The translations under genes and the position numbers were made by a program. From the human T2T-CHM13v2.0 reference genome, Homo sapiens, in NCBI RefSeq assembly GCF_009914755.1, contig NC_060947.1: a stretch of 64,000 nt of DNA. The stretch is one strand, 5' to 3'. How positions within the stretch are numbered: the stretch's first letter is position 1; each line of letters begins with the position of its first letter. The notes under the pieces were generated by a model. It was not told the origin of the DNA. It worked only from the letters and a program-made list of their open reading frames with translations, and did not search any database. Shown here piece after piece: positions 34,001 through 48,678 of this stretch.

Positions 34001-36611
34001 ATTCTGCCAACTGTGGAAACTTCAGTCCCTCAGGCTGGCAGCTGTGCTGGTACCTGCCTGGGGGGGCCTGGCAGTCGTGAAGCAGGCTGAAAGGCAGAGG
34101 GGCTCCAGGTCCTGTTTCCAGCTCCCCTCACTGCACATGGTGAAGCTCCCTCCCTCCCCACTTTTCCCAGAGCTAATACACAGGTGCTATTATTCAGAAA
34201 AAAACTGGTCAGCTCTAACCAACAGTGAGGTTTCTTCTCTTCTGCCCTAACTATTGTGTAGCCTCTTATGCTGAAATTGGCTTCTGCCGGCTTATCTGGC
34301 TTTCAGAGCCCTGAAACAAAGAGAAACAGGATCTGTCCCTACCCAGCACAGCAAATGGTTGTAGTAATTGCCAAAGCCCTCGTAAAGCCCTCCGGCTTGA
34401 GGAGACAGTGTATAGTCATGAGTTCTGCCTCTGTGCCCTTGCTGGCCGCTTCCCCTTTGCCTTCTTTCCTGGAACTCAGGGTGTGGGGACTGAGCCTGTA
34501 GGGGCCAGCATGCCCTCCTGCTGTGGCCACTCCCAAGTGTGCCCTCTTCCCTCTCTCCAGATCAGGTGTCTCTAGCACAGGACTTGGCACCAAGCTCCAT
34601 GCTGAGACACCAGGCTATGTGGGCCCCCACCTTGTTTCCCAGCCTGTACCTTGGAAGCCGAAGGTGCTTTCATCAGAATCCTAAAATGGCCGTTGAAGGC
34701 GCCTGGGCCGCAGCCCAGCAGTAGCTGGAGAGGCAGGCAGAGGGCAGTGGTTCTCCCAAATAGGAGACCTGGGGCCTGGCCAGGCCAGGGTTTGGGCCTA
34801 ATGGCTTTGACTGAATTAACCCCATCCTCCTCCTTTCTGGAAAAGGGAGAGCTAGAGCCACTCACTGTCATTCTGCTCTGACCTTGAAGGGGGCGGTGTT
34901 GGCCTGGCTTCTGGAATGGACTGAGTCCATCGTGGAAAGGGCTGGGGGCAGGAGGAGGTGGGGAGGGGCACTGCCTGCGGAAGGTAGGATTAGATCATTA
35001 GCTCAGTGACCTCCTAGGGTTTCGATGTGCTGTGTTCTCATCCTACAGTTGGTTTGGTAATGATCTGCAAGTCCCGGAGAGCAACAGCAAAGCTCTGCCT
35101 GATGCTCTCATTAAAATCTATGCAGCCAAGTTCAGCACTTTGTCACAGCCGGCCTTGCGAAGCCTCCTCAGCTCGGGGGGCCGGGGACCCAGTGAGCTGG
35201 GAGGCCCTCTGGGCTCCACTTATGCATATGCACCAAAAAAAAAAAGGCTTCTTTAGACCCAGAGCCCTTTAAGATGATAAAGGACCCAATGCAGGTAATC
35301 CTGTTTTTGGACTCATGTAATGTAGAATGCTAAATTTAGTGATTATTTAATCTGGGCCTAAGCTAGTGAGAGTGTGGAACAATGGCCCATAATGACTCCT
35401 AAGCGGTGAAGCCAGGGGGCCTCCTCCCTTCCTGGTTCACCCCGCCCAGGGGACCTGCTCCCATTCCTATGGCCCTGGGGCCCAGCTTCCAATAGTGTCA
35501 GAAGTGACTTGTGGCTTTGCCTTGGTTGTGAGATGGGTACATTCTAAAGGAGCAGCCCGGGGGAGGGGGCAGGCTTAGCCAGCCCTTGGAGGCTCAGAGC
35601 AGCTGGCCCAGGCTCCAGCTCGCCTCCAGTGGAAGCCCGAGCGCCGTCAGAAACAACCCTGGCCAATGTCACCGCAGAGCCGAGGCGGTGTTGTCAGGGC
35701 TAATGTGAAATCTCTTCCCGTGGTGCTGATCCTCCGACTCTGCAGCACCAGCTTGGACAGACTGAGGTCTCTGTGGCTTTGCTGACTCTGCTTAAGCATT
35801 CCCACCGGGTCCCAGCTCTGCTCTAGGACTGCCTCCCACTGCGGCCCCTCACCTGACCTCAGGGCATGGGGAGGGAGGGAGCCAGTTCCCCAAGGCCAGG
35901 GGACTTTGCTCCTGAGAGATGTCAGGCTTCCTGGGGGCATCAGGCTTTGAGCTCTGCTGGGGTCCAGCTGACCTGGCACCAGGTGTTGCGCAGAGATGTG
36001 CCTCATTCTGTGCCTCCTGCCGTGTTCACTTTAACTGTGCCTCAGTGCGGGTTAGGGAATAATTTTGTCATTGTATTAAGTTTATCCAGTTAATTAACTT
36101 GAGGAACTAACCAATTTTTACCTTCTGTCTGGAATGATGTACATGTAGTAGAGTAAGCCATAATGTTCCCAAAGTGCCTTGTTTTCTCTGATACAAACAT
36201 ATTTATAAGGACGTATTCCAGTGGGTTCTTGGGTGTGTTTGCCACAACAAGATTTTAGGGAAGGGGTGTATGTGTAGTAGGGATGCCGTTTGAAAACAGG
36301 CCCTCTTCCCCTGAGGAAGGGAAAGGAACTCTTCAGTTGGAGATCTGGGCAGTGGGTTAAGCCAGACCCCTAAAGTGACCCTTTCCTCTTCTGCCCTATT
36401 CTTCTCAGACCCTCTGAAAGACATCCAATTTTTTTAAAGCCCTGTAGCTCCAAGCCTGGTCTCATTTGCTTCCCTGCCAGGCTCATTGTGTGTATACCAC
36501 ATTTGTGCCCCACTGACCTGAAGGTTCCATGTAACTGTATACACATGAATACTTAAATGCCAACATTTTAAATAATTTGATAAAGTCTTTGTAGCCACAA
36601 AAAAAAAAAAA
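31047..36611 (+). pseudogene. WASF4P: Processed pseudogene of WASF2 (WAVE2): 5'UTR, CDS, ~3.9-kb 3'UTR, polyA
   Basis: Intronless WAVE2-like ORF; A tail 36599-36611; TSD gtaaaggaata (31036-31046 / 36613-36623). Symbol is from recall of the X-linked WASF2 retrocopy. Confidence 0.85.
31197..32690 (+). CDS. Uninterrupted 497-codon WAVE2-like reading frame with GTG in place of the ATG (translation uncertain)
   Basis: WHD ([13 protein letters not shown]..), basic region, polyproline region, VCA ([22 protein letters not shown]). Confidence 0.55.
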   Translation: MPLVTRNIEPRHLCRQTLPSVRSELECVTNITLANVIRQLGSLSKYAEDIFGELFTQANTFASPVSSLAERVDGLQVKVTQLDPKEEEVSLQGINTRKAFRSSTIQDQKLFDRNSLPVPVLETYNTCDTPPPLNNLTPYRDDGTEALKFYTDPSYFFDLWKKKMLQDTKDIMKEKRKHRKEKKDNPNRGNVNPRKIKTRKEEWEKIKMGQEFVESKEKLGPFGYPPTLVYQNGSIGCVENVDASSYPPPSQSDSASSPSPSFSEDNLPPPPAEFSYPVDNQRGSGLAGPKRSSVVSPSHPPPAPPLGSPPSSKPGFAPPPAPPPPPPPMIGIPPPPPPIGFGSPGTPPPPSSPSFPPHPDFAAPPPLPPPPAADYPTLPPPPLSQPTRGAPPPPPPPPPGPPPPPFTGADGQPAVPPPLSDTTKPKSSLPAISDAHSDLLSAICQGFQLRRVEEQQEQEKWDVVGNDVATILSRRIAVEYSDSEDDSSEFDGDDWSN

Positions 36612-36676
36612 CGTAAAGGAATAAAGAATGGCTACTTCATGGGTAAGAGCAGTGGCATGGGCTGCTCGACTGAGTA

Positions 36677-36684
36677 TATTTATA
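36677..36684 (-). promoter_or_regulatory. TATA box (TATAAATA) of the MER41 3' LTR
   Basis: Lies ~30 bp upstream of the position homologous to where the 5' R copy begins. Confidence 0.55.
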
Positions 36685-36704
36685 GTTATTTCTTGATTAT
36701 ATGC

Positions 36705-37070
36705 TGTATTAATCCGTTTTCACACTGCTATAAAAGAACTTCCCTGAGACTGGGTGATTTATAAAGGAAAGAGGTTTAATTGACTCAGTTTTGCGTGGCT
36801 GGAGAGGCCTCAGGAAATGTATAATTATGGCAGAAGGGGAAGCAGGCACCTTCTTCACAAGATGGCATGGGAGAAAAGAGCAGGGGAAACCGTCACTTAT
36901 AGAACCATCAGATCCTGTGAGAACTCACTCACTACCACGAGAACAGCATGGGGGAAACTGCCCCCATGATCCTGTCACCTCCCACCAGGTCCCTCCCTTG
37001 ACAGGTGGGAATTATGGGGATTACAATTAGAGATAAAATTTGGGTGGGGACACAGAGCCAAACCATATCA
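36705..37070 (-). mobile_element. THE1/MST-type MaLR solo LTR inserted in MER41 U3
   Basis: tgtatt...ccatatca termini; 5-bp TSD tatgc. Confidence 0.88.
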
Positions 37071-37103
37071 TATGCTAAACAACGGGTGGATTATTCATGA
37101 GTT

Positions 37104-37133
37104 TTCTGGGAAAGGGGTGGGGATTTCCCAGAA
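37104..37133. promoter_or_regulatory. Tandem GAS (STAT) motifs in the MER41 LTR
   Basis: TTCTGGGAA at 37104-37112 and TTCCCAGAA at 37125-37133, both TTCN3GAA. Confidence 0.65.
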
Positions 37134-40100
37134 CTGAGGGGTCCTCCTCTTTTTAGACCATATAGGGTAACTTCCAGACATTGCCATGGCATTTGTAAAC
37201 TGTCAAGGCACCGGTGGAAGTGTTTTTTAGCATGCTAATGGATTATAATTAGCGTATAATGAGCACTGAGGATTACCAGAGGTCACTTTCGCTGCCATCT
37301 TGGTTTTGGTGGGTTTTGACTGGCTTCTTTACTGTATGCTGTTTTATCAGCAGGGTCTTTGTGATCTGAATCTTGTGTGGACATTTTATTTCATCCTGTG
37401 AGATAAGAATGCCTAACCTCCTGGGAATGCAGCCCAGTAGGTCTCAGCCTTATTTTACCCAGCCCCTATTCAAGATGGAGTTACTCTGGTTCGAACACCT
37501 CTGACATATTCCCCCCTCCCTTTTACAAGGGAACCCTTAATCCTAGCAATTGTAGAGGGACAAAGATCCATCTTCTGTAATTTTCAGGCCAAACAGGGCG
37601 ATGACATTCCTGCCTAACTACTGGGGTGTCTTGTATCCAGGGTAGAGAGGAGCTCAGTGAGAAAACATCATTACACTGAGGGCCATTCATAACTCCGACT
37701 TCTGATCAAAGGTGATATCTGGAAGATTGGTATGTGTTCAATTTAAGAAAACATTGAGTAAGCTTACCTATCCAGCATTTCTACACAGAATACAGCAGGA
37801 ATATATTCCACAACAGTAAAGTAAAATAAGCAAAATTATTCTAAGTAAATGAAAAAAATAAGGCATTCAATGAACTGGGCAGCTGTTGGGACCAAACTGA
37901 TATGGGGTTGCTAGCCAATTCCAATATGTGCCCAGAATTAGAATATTGATCCAGATTTCTACAGTACCCATCCCTCTTGTTTCTTCTGAGCTCCAGTTAA
38001 AGATCACTGGTTGATTCACAGGAATAAGTAGGGTTAGTCTAAATTGCAGGAAAAAAAAAAACAAAAACAACTGATGAGACTAGAATCTAATAACAGGTGT
38101 GCCATAGTTCTTGAAACATAATTTTTCTCTTTCCAGTCTTCATTTTTATTAAAAACAAATCATAATAGGGCTAATTTGTTTATAAAATCAGCTTTAGTCT
38201 TATACTTGGCCTGTTTATTTGTATAAAGTGCAGCAAGAATAATTATTTTCACATAGGCTTTTTAAAAATTGGCTTTGATGAAACTTCGTTCCATAAAGAA
38301 TCTCAGATAAGACCTTTTTTAAAGCTGAGCCCCAGCCATGGGTTTGTACTGTCAAATGCCTATACGAGTCAGGTAAATTCCTCTCCTCTTGAGGTTCCAT
38401 AATTTTGGAACACATACCAATAACATATTTATTATAAATAAATAAATAAATAAATAAAACCTTTACTCATTAATACAGGGAAGACTTAGTTTTCCAAACA
38501 ATCTGTTTCTTTCCTTTCCTCTCTTTTTACTATAATTTATTCAAAAGGCAAACAAGAATCTTTCAATATTTTTAATATAACATGAAAATCTTGTTCAAGA
38601 GAGAAAGACAATTTCACCCTTTGCATTGGTGTGCTATTAATGTCAACCCCAATTCTTAATAAAACCTTATAGACAAATCTATCCAATTTTCATGCCTGAC
38701 CGTAAGGTAAGAGTCTCATAAACTTTTTATAACCCTTTACAGATTTTTGTTAAAGAACAGATCAGTGCTCTAAGAAAAACCTATTGTGCTTTTATTCCAA
38801 TGTTCAACTTATGAAAAAACTGAATACCCCTTTAACTTTAGCCAGTGTTCACACATAGAATTTCTTTTACAAGATTAATCCTTCATAAACCTTCCATAAG
38901 TTGCTCAAAAGTTTAGCTTTTTCCTATCAAACTTAAAACAAGACTTTAACCCTTTAATCTAGGCAAAAAAAAAAAAATCCACATTCCCATGCCTTCTTAT
39001 AATCTTTTATCAAAAACACATTTTACTTTCCTTACACACCTTGCATGTAAAACTGTTTCCTCAGTAGTTTCAATTACATGTTACAATATTAACTCTTAGT
39101 AACTTTTATTTTTGGTGAAAAACTTAGTAAGTAAGCAATTTTAATTATGTACTAGGTGTGGGGCTTAGGACACCAGACAGAAGTGCAGATAAAGTCTGAC
39201 TCTTTTCAGCATTGCTAGGGGTTATGGCTAACTCCACATGTCCCCAGGCCTTATGTAGAAACTAATGGCTCTAAAGCAGGTAAGTTGAACAATTTTCAAA
39301 AGTCAAAGAAATAACTTATGACCTTAAAGCATTCATCAAACCTAATATCTGACCTGCCTAATTTAGACCAAATGTCTAAATTTTGAAGACATTTTTATTT
39401 TACCAATAATCTTTAAAACTATCTTTATTTCTCAAAGATTACTAAAGTTATGTGAACTAAAAGGCATTACAGTTTTTATTTTTCTAACAAAATATTTGAT
39501 CACACATCACACACACACACAACACATATAAATACACAAACAGTCAGAAGATTCTGTAGTTGTAAGATTTTTCATTTGCCAGTTTTTGTTTCTCAATTGG
39601 ATTACTGGCTTCAGGGTAGAGCCCTTTGAGGAACAGGGCCAGGAAACCATTCAGTTTCAAGGGCCTAGTAAGCAGGCACAGCTGGAAGGCAAAACAGATC
39701 CCCCAAAATTAAGGGTCCCATTTTTATACCAGATCTTAGATCCCAAAGAGGAGGGAATCAGTCCATCTCCCATAAAAGCCCATAACTGCCATTAGCCAGC
39801 CCTAAAAGTATATTTCCTACTTAGTAATTAGACACCAAAGTTCTCTCATAATGCGAAGTAATTTCTGATACCCCCAAATGTCAAAAACATCAGACAACAC
39901 AATGTAAAACAGAACAGGGCCTTAGATTTTGGGAGAGATCTATCCACTTTCAATTCCTGGGGTTTCATGAGGAAAACAGAGGTTTTTCCCCAAACAGCGT
40001 GTGTGGCACCTCCTCTGTTTTCCCCAAAGAGTCCCAGCCTGTTAGAAATTTTCTTAGGTCCTCTCATGTATGCATCAAGAGTGGCAAGAAAACAAAATGG

Positions 40101-40863
40101 AGAAAAATGACTTTTCAGTTGACTGAAAAGAAAAACTTTTTCTCAAGAAAAACAAGATTTGAGAAAAAACCATAAAGGCCTTTTCAATATACCCATAGCT
40201 TGAATATCCACTTTTAATTAAGCTGACTTTTAACCATAGTGCTCTTTTTAAAAAAGTCTTTTAAAATTTCTTATTATCCAACTTTTAGCCAAGAAAAATG
40301 GTCAATATTTCTGGCTTTTGAACTTTACCAAAGATAACTTCCCAGGTGCTCAGAGAAAGGAAAATTCAAGAGGGAAGTCAGAAGTTGTTCATGGAGAGGA
40401 AGAGAATCAACAAGTGGCAAAGGTCACACAGATATCAACCAAAAAGTACTCATTCCCTAGACCGGGAATTGAGAGCCTGGGCTACCACTGTAAAATGGCA
40501 AAGCCTTAGCTACTGAGCTACAGCACTGAGCAGTTTTCATTGCTCTTCCTAGGAATCTAGAGTCAGCCAATTTTGAGCTTGCAAAGGTTTTTAACTGCTC
40601 TGGATAATTTTTAAGGCTAACTATAACATGAACTCCAAAATTCCTGTTCCCTTGATGGTGGAGACCAAGAGAAAGTACCACCCACCTGGTTACAAAGTCA
40701 AGCTCCCAAGGACATAAAACAAGATGAGAGGGAAACTTCATCCAGTTTTTTTTGTTTGTTTCACAGGTCTACAACCAGGAGTTTCAACATGTGGTCTTTG
40801 GGCAGGATGGTTGCTCTGAGTAACAGAAAATATAGGAAAGGGAAAGGAGAGAAAGAGAGAGAG

Positions 40864-41155
<292 letters not shown>

Positions 41156-43644
41156 AGAGAGAGAGAGAGAGAAAGCATTCCCTGCGGTGGGGAAGGTGAA
41201 GAGCTCAGGGAGGCCAGAGAAGGACCTACTCATTGAAGCAACACTGAATCAAAAGTTCAAATGGCCACTTGTCAGTTGTGAAGGGATCTTTTCCAGCAGT
41301 CCCATCAGCTCTCAAGTTTCCCCTTTTGGGAAGGAAGAAGTTCCCCATGTTCCACGGTCTTGTATATGCCTAATCCTGTCACCCACAGTCGTCAGCAAAG
41401 AGTATAAGACAGATTAATCCAAAGAGAATAGCGGTGGCATTAATCCATAATGCCAAATTCATTTTTAACCAAGAGGGACTTTACTGAGAGGGGCCTTTAA
41501 CCCTCTAAATCTTAGGAAGGACTCTAACCTTCCTAAATTGGGCCTGAGACCCAAGTTTGGTCAAGAAGCCTTGCCTTTTATTAAGATGGGCCTTTAACCC
41601 TCTCTATCTTAGGAGAGTCTATCCTAAGTTGGGCCTCTAACTCAATCCCACCCTTTACCCAGGTAAAATATACCCCACCACTTACCCAAAATCAGCCAGT
41701 TGGTGCTGCAGTCTATTTCCTCTGGATCAGGGGGTCTCCTCAGTAGAGTCCCTTTGTGGTTCACCAGGAAGATGTTAGTGGAAAGGGGTCCCAATCCAGA
41801 CCCCAAAAGAGGGTTCTTGGATCTCACACAAGAAAGAATTCAGGGCGAGTCCACAGAGTAAAGTGAAAGTTTATTGAGAAAATAAAGGGATAAAGAATGG
41901 CTACTCCATTGGCACAGCAGCCAGAAGCAAGAAGTTCTGAACTGCCTATCAGATATTACCATTTTATAAATGAGAACCAGTCCATAATTTTGGAACATGT
42001 TTCCTATATAATAACCCTTTCTTAGTTGGAAATGACCCAGACATTCAACAAGCATCTACAATGATTTTAAGAACTTAAATCATACAAAAAAGTTTTACTT
42101 AGAAGCATTTATCTCATTTATATGCATATAATTCTCCCATTTTTAACCGTTTACTTAGATTACTTCTGAAAACTGAGATCTTACCACAGAGGTAGTCATT
42201 ATTGAAAGTTAATTCCCTGTTAACCATTTTAAAGCTTGTGAACATCATGTGTTCATCTAAGTAAGAACCTTAAAGTTAAAACACATAGGCATTTTGTTGA
42301 TAACTCAGAAGGTTTAGCTATTTTCCTCAAACAATATTAAATGTCTTATCAAAAATTACACAAAGATCATTCTGTCTTGGGCTGGGTTTATAGTTTTGTA
42401 ACTCTTATGCCAAATTTTGGCACCTAATGATATCTGGCAGAGATAAATATGAAACCGCTTGATCAATAAGCTCAAATGAAAATGTATGTTGACAATTCTT
42501 AAGATATTTATAATATTATTTTACCAATAATGTAAAGCCAGCTTATTTATTAAAGATTTTACTTAATTTATGAGTATGTCTTAACTCTAAGGAATTTGGT
42601 TCCTTGTGACCACAATACATAACAAAATACATGTACATATGCATAAACACACACATACACACTCATATTAAGCAGGCCGAAAATAAACAGAGGAAGATAT
42701 CACCTGGCTGCCTTCTGCAAGGGTGGCATGAGGTAGGGGGAGAGAGGGGAAGAAAGAGATGAGAGAATAAAGCAATGGAAAGGGAGCTCAGGAGCCCTCC
42801 TGCAGACATTGAGTGGTGTGAGGTTGATACTTCCACCACCATCATTTATCTCCCATCAGGGAGAGCCTCAGCACCCTAAGTCTGCACAGTGTGGGATGGG
42901 TTCCTCCTACTTCTGCAAGTCACTGGTCAGGCAAACTGTTTCCAGCCAGAGGGAGCTAGAGCTGCCTGCAGCTGAGAAGAGTAAAGCTGTAAGCGGCTCT
43001 CCAAAGATAGAAGGGTGAAGTTGGAGGTAGAGAGGAAAGAAATCAGGGCCCATACACAAAGTCATATATTCATATATGCAAATAGACAGCATGCTTCCAC
43101 ATGAGTCCCCAACCAAGGGGGCTGGGTGAGGTCCTGAATCCCTCTCCCCAGTTCCAAATGGCTCCATGGGCTGTTAAGTCCAGTCCGAGCACAGGTCCCA
43201 TGGTGCCGCACATACAAATAAATACAAATGCATTAAAATGCTCAAATGATGTCACTAACAGCCAGGTCTTAAGTAGAGCAGGGCTTCAGTGACACCCCAA
43301 AAGAGACAGAGGGTGGTCAGGTGCACTGCCAACCAAATTACCCAGTTCCAAAGTTTGTCAGCTCTTTCTCTTTTTCTCCCAGAATTCACTTCCCTTGCAC
43401 AGGCAATGCATTGAAGGCAGCAAATGTTGTGCTGGGAGTGGGGAGCAAAAGGGAAATTTCCCCATAAGAAAGCATTTTTTGCAGCTGCTGGGAAGCTCCC
43501 TAATGCTTTCATCGTGGGACCTGATAGCCATGAGCAGCTGGCACTCACAGGTGACCCCATGTCTCATCTGATAGCGAAATTGGGTGGTCAGGCAGAAGCC
43601 TACCTGGAGCACAGAGCATGTCCCTGTATGGGCCACCAAAAATT

Positions 43645-44156
43645 GCAACCAAAAAGTGGGTTAGTTGCTTGCTGAATGTAGAGTCCAATTAACAAGAGTG
43701 AGTCCTGGTACTTTCCAGAAAAGTGATTTTATTTCCAAAGCTAGTTTGGGGGAGTGCACAAAGTGTCCAGCTTTAAATGTACTGCTTCACCTTTGGAAGA
43801 AAAAGTGGGCATTTATATAATGTAGGGGAGGAAATGAGCAAGGGCAGGGCTCTTCTGCTAGCCTTATCTGTACCTTATCTACTGGGCCGTTGTGTTGCCA
43901 CCTTCCTGGGCAGAAGTAAGTTGTAAAAGTGGCTAAGTGGGCATGCTCTGGGCATGTCCTCCTGAGGCAACACCCTGGAGGTGGGAGTTCCCTCTTGGAG
44001 CACACAGATGAACTTGCCCTGTAGGAAATGCCTGGAGAGGGGGAGGTGAGAAGTTATTTTGCACTTGAAAAAGGGCTAAATGGAAAGTAGGAGGAAAGGG
44101 GAAAGGCGAAAAGAGAAAAAAACTGTTGCTTAGGAAAACGGGAGTACTCAGTTACA
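43645..44156 (-). mobile_element. ERV1-type LTR, likely the 5' LTR of the host ERV
   Basis: Adjacent to the PBS; minus strand begins 'tgtaactgagtac'; polyA signal near 43728. Confidence 0.55.
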
Positions 44157-44160
44157 GTTG

Positions 44161-45121
<961 letters not shown>

Positions 45122-45599
45122 GTTGCACAACAATGTGAATATACTTAACACTACTGAACTATAAACCTCGAAATGGTTAAGATGCTAAATTTTATGTTAT
45201 GCATTTTTTACAATAAAAAATGGGATGTTACAATAAAAAATGGGATGCAACATATGCTCACCTTTGGGTGGTCCCCAGGTGTGCATACGTTGTGGCTGTA
45301 CATGCTAGTATATATGTTACATGTCTTACATCTCCACCCAGGGGTGTGTGTGTATATATATGTATATATATTTACTATTAAAATGAGCAAAACGTTACCT
45401 TGAGGGCAAGCCAAGTTGAAGTGCACATGCTTACTGCTGGGGAAAGTCCCTACTGAAGTTATGTCCTGCCAGGGCCAGATAAGTCCCAGTTAGGGCCAGA
45501 TAAGCCTAACTGCAAGTCCAGATATGGCCATTGTTTTTTCTGATTGCTAGTGGGGTAAGGTTTCCAGGGCTTCCTTACTTTGAGGCTGCCTTTCCTGCT

Positions 45600-45680
45600 C
45601 ATGTCTGTCTGTCTGTCTGTCTGTCCTGCTGTCTATCTATCTATCTATCTATCATCTATCTATCATCTATCTATCTATCT
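45600..45680. repeat. Compound (TCTG)n/(TCTA)n tetranucleotide repeat
   Basis: Directly visible. Confidence 0.9.
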
Positions 45681-45813
45681 ACTCTAACATCTGGAGGTTT
45701 TTTTTTTTTGTCTTGTGGATGGAAAGATCTTAAATAAAATTTTAGCAATTTGAATCCAGCAAGTATGGAAAGAAAAATTTACCCCATGACCAAATTGGAT
45801 TTTCCAGTAAGGC

Positions 45814-46349
45814 TGTTGATGGTGATTGTGAGTCCTCAGTTCTTGTCTTCTTGGTTTAAAGAATTTAAGCAAGAGACACACAGCAAGGGAGATACAGCCA
45901 TAAACCAGTTTATTACAAAATTGAAAGAGCACTCTGAGAGCTGAGTCAGAGTGGGCTGCTCAAGAGTGAGACACCCCTGGCTGACACTAGGGAAGCTCCC
46001 TTTAGGGGAGTTTTACATGATTATTCTTAAGAGGGTGGGAAAGGGCATTGCTAGTAAGTATGTTATGGGTGGTCCTCTAGGTGCACATGTTCGGTAACTG
46101 TACATGTTTGTTCATACATCACATCTCATTAGCATCTTAAATCTCCATCCAGCAGTGTGTTTTTCACTAGTATAATGAGCAAAAAGTCAGTCCAAGGACA
46201 AGTAAAATTAAAGTGCATGCTTTCTACTGGCTGAAGTCCCCACTGAAGTTAGGTCTTGCCTAAGCCAGAGGAGCATGACCACAAAGCAAGCATTGTGTTA
46301 ACACATCCTGATAGACATGGCTACTTTCTTGACTACGTCTCCTACTTCA
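45814..46349 (-). mobile_element. ERV1 MER4-group LTR (related fragment at ~45240-45560)
   Basis: tg...ca termini; shared motifs 'catctccacccagg' and 'aagtccc(t/c)actgaagtta'. Confidence 0.55.
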
Positions 46350-46832
46350 ACTTCAAGGTAAAGATGGTTAATGTTAATACATCTATCTGTTTATTTCACT
46401 ACATCAAGAAATAAAGGAGAAAACGACAAAATCACATCAATGGATACTAAAAAAGCATTTGACACAATTTGGCAGTATTCTCAAACTAAAACCAGACTAA
46501 AATGGGAATATGAAAATTCAGAAAAGATTACAGGCTCAAAATCACCAGGAAGCCTATTACTAAAAGGTAAAATGCTGAAGTTGCTACCAGTAAAACTAGT
46601 AATGACATACAGTTGTTCCTATCACAACGGTGTTTTGAAAAAGCTCTAGCTAATGCGATGAAATATGAAGATAAAATAAACTGATTATATATTAAGAAAG
46701 GAGAGGTAATCATTTTTATTTGCAGATGATATCATTGGAAGGGTGTTCATGCTATACAGTGAAAGAAGTTGTGGCTTCCCACCTCACAGAGCAGAACAGT
46801 GGTGCTTCCCTGGGAAGAAATGGCCTGCACTG

Positions 46833-47496
46833 CTGTTAGAGTAGGTAGATAGGCAGATATGAGCAGAAGAGGATAGGGCCCCAAAGAGTGTCAAGTGACT
46901 CTCAGTTGACTGTCAGGTGGTTGTCAGGTGGCTGGTGACAGGGAGGGGAAAATTTCCTAACAAACAAGAGACATCTTGAGCTTGTTGGCAACAATTTCCC
47001 AATAAGAACTTAAAATGGCAAAGTTTGATTTTCCTCTGGGAACATGTCCAGGCATGCACAGTAAGGGGCAAAATGGTGGAGTCTGACCTATATATGATCT
47101 TCCTCCAGGGGCACTAGACCAGTAAGTGAAAATTGCCCTAAGACAGCATGCACATAACTTCAATAATTAAATGGCTCATGCCGCCCCTCCCAGATACTGG
47201 CAAGTCACTGTGCCTGTGGTGATTAGCCAACAGCCTATCCAAGAGGAAGGTTGAGACTGGGAAGAATCAGGAAATAGTAACTCTATATTATAATTATTAT
47301 ATAAGAGCCCTGAGCCAACAATCAGGTGGGGCGTTCCATCTTTTGAGTTGCTTGCTTGGTTCCTTTCAAGTGTACTTTGCTTCAATAAACTCTCATTTCT
47401 GCCTTAAATCTACTTCTGTTTCTCAGCTGAATTCTTTCTCTCAAGAAGACAAGAATTGAGGACTGTAGACCCTGCCCAGACTCACTGCCAGTAACA
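46833..47496 (+). mobile_element. MER50-like solo LTR
   Basis: 'tgttagagtaggtagataggcagatatgagcag' start, aataaa, 'gtaaca' end. Confidence 0.7.
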
Positions 47497-48310
47497 CTTC
47501 TTTGGGTAGACTTCCTGGTGGACAGATTCATCCTCTCCTTGGTGATACTACTGGATGTGAAAGGATGCAGTGGGAGTGGTACAGTCCCCATCCAGGAGAT
47601 ACCATGAGGAGAGAGGGGAGATAAATCAGAGTGGTACTGTCCAGTCCCACTGTGTTGGTGATGGGAGGAGAGTGATGTGGTTGGAGTAAGAACCTAAACA
47701 TCCTCATAATCTCCATCAGCTCCCCCACAAGCCATCTCAACTGAAATAATAATAGGTATCAATTAAATAAGTCTTAAGTTGATATGGCTACTAGTTGTTT
47801 TCTTTAATATGTGTCAACAAAAACATCTTTTAGAAAATTTTATTGTTCATAATTCCTATGGAAGCATAGCATTAAGACACATTTCTGACCCTGCCCCACA
47901 ACCAGTTTGCTGCCTCTTAGCACCTCAAATAGAAAATTATGGAGATGCCAGTGCCCCTCTGGGAGATGTCAGAGGGGCAGAGGTAATAAGAATCCATATA
48001 TCCCCTCAATGGATGAACTGCTACATATTCTGCAACACCCAGTTCAAGTACCTCCTATGAGAAGCCCTACCTGACTGTGGTAGGAGACTCTATGCTAGCT
48101 GAAGAACCTTTTGACCCAGCAAGTAGGGAAGACTTTTTTAAAGGGCTTGTTCCTAAGCTCTGGTGTCCTCTATCTTTGTGCCCTCAGATCAGTCACACCC
48201 TTTTTGGAGCCCAGTTCAACATTCTAGACATTAGAGGGTTAGAATCTAATTATCACATAGTTCCCTGTCTTTCCTACAGCCCTGGATTGGATAATTTTTT
48301 ATTTGGTGAA

Positions 48311-48678
48311 TGATATGGTTTGACTGTGTCCCCACCCAAATCTCATCTTGAATTATAGCTCCCATAATTCCCATGTGTTGTGGAAGGACCTGGTGGGAGA
48401 TAATTGAATCACAGGGGCAGTTTCCCCCATATGGTTCTCATGGTAGTGAATAAGTCTCGCGAGAGCTGATGATTTTATAAGGGGTTTCCCCTTTCACTTG
48501 TCTCTCATTCTCTCTTGTCTGCCACCATGTAAGACGTGCCTTTTGCATTCCGCTTTCCACCATGATTGTAAAGCCTCCCCAGCCACATGGAACTGTGAGT
48601 TCATGAAACCTCTTTTTCTTTATAAATTACCCAGTCTCAGGTATGTCTTTATCAGCAGCATGAAAACAGACTAATATA
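48311..48678 (+). mobile_element. THE1 solo LTR
   Basis: 'tgatatggtttgactgtgtccccacccaaatctc'; TSD gtgaa. Confidence 0.9.

Noticed and set aside
31643-36093. Many short overlapping ORFs
   Set aside because: By-products of the GC-rich WASF2 CDS and 3'UTR
27130-40700. Similarity between 27-31 kb and 38-40.7 kb as a tandem duplication
   Set aside because: Diverged and patchy; explained by two related MER4-group internal sequences, one nested in the other
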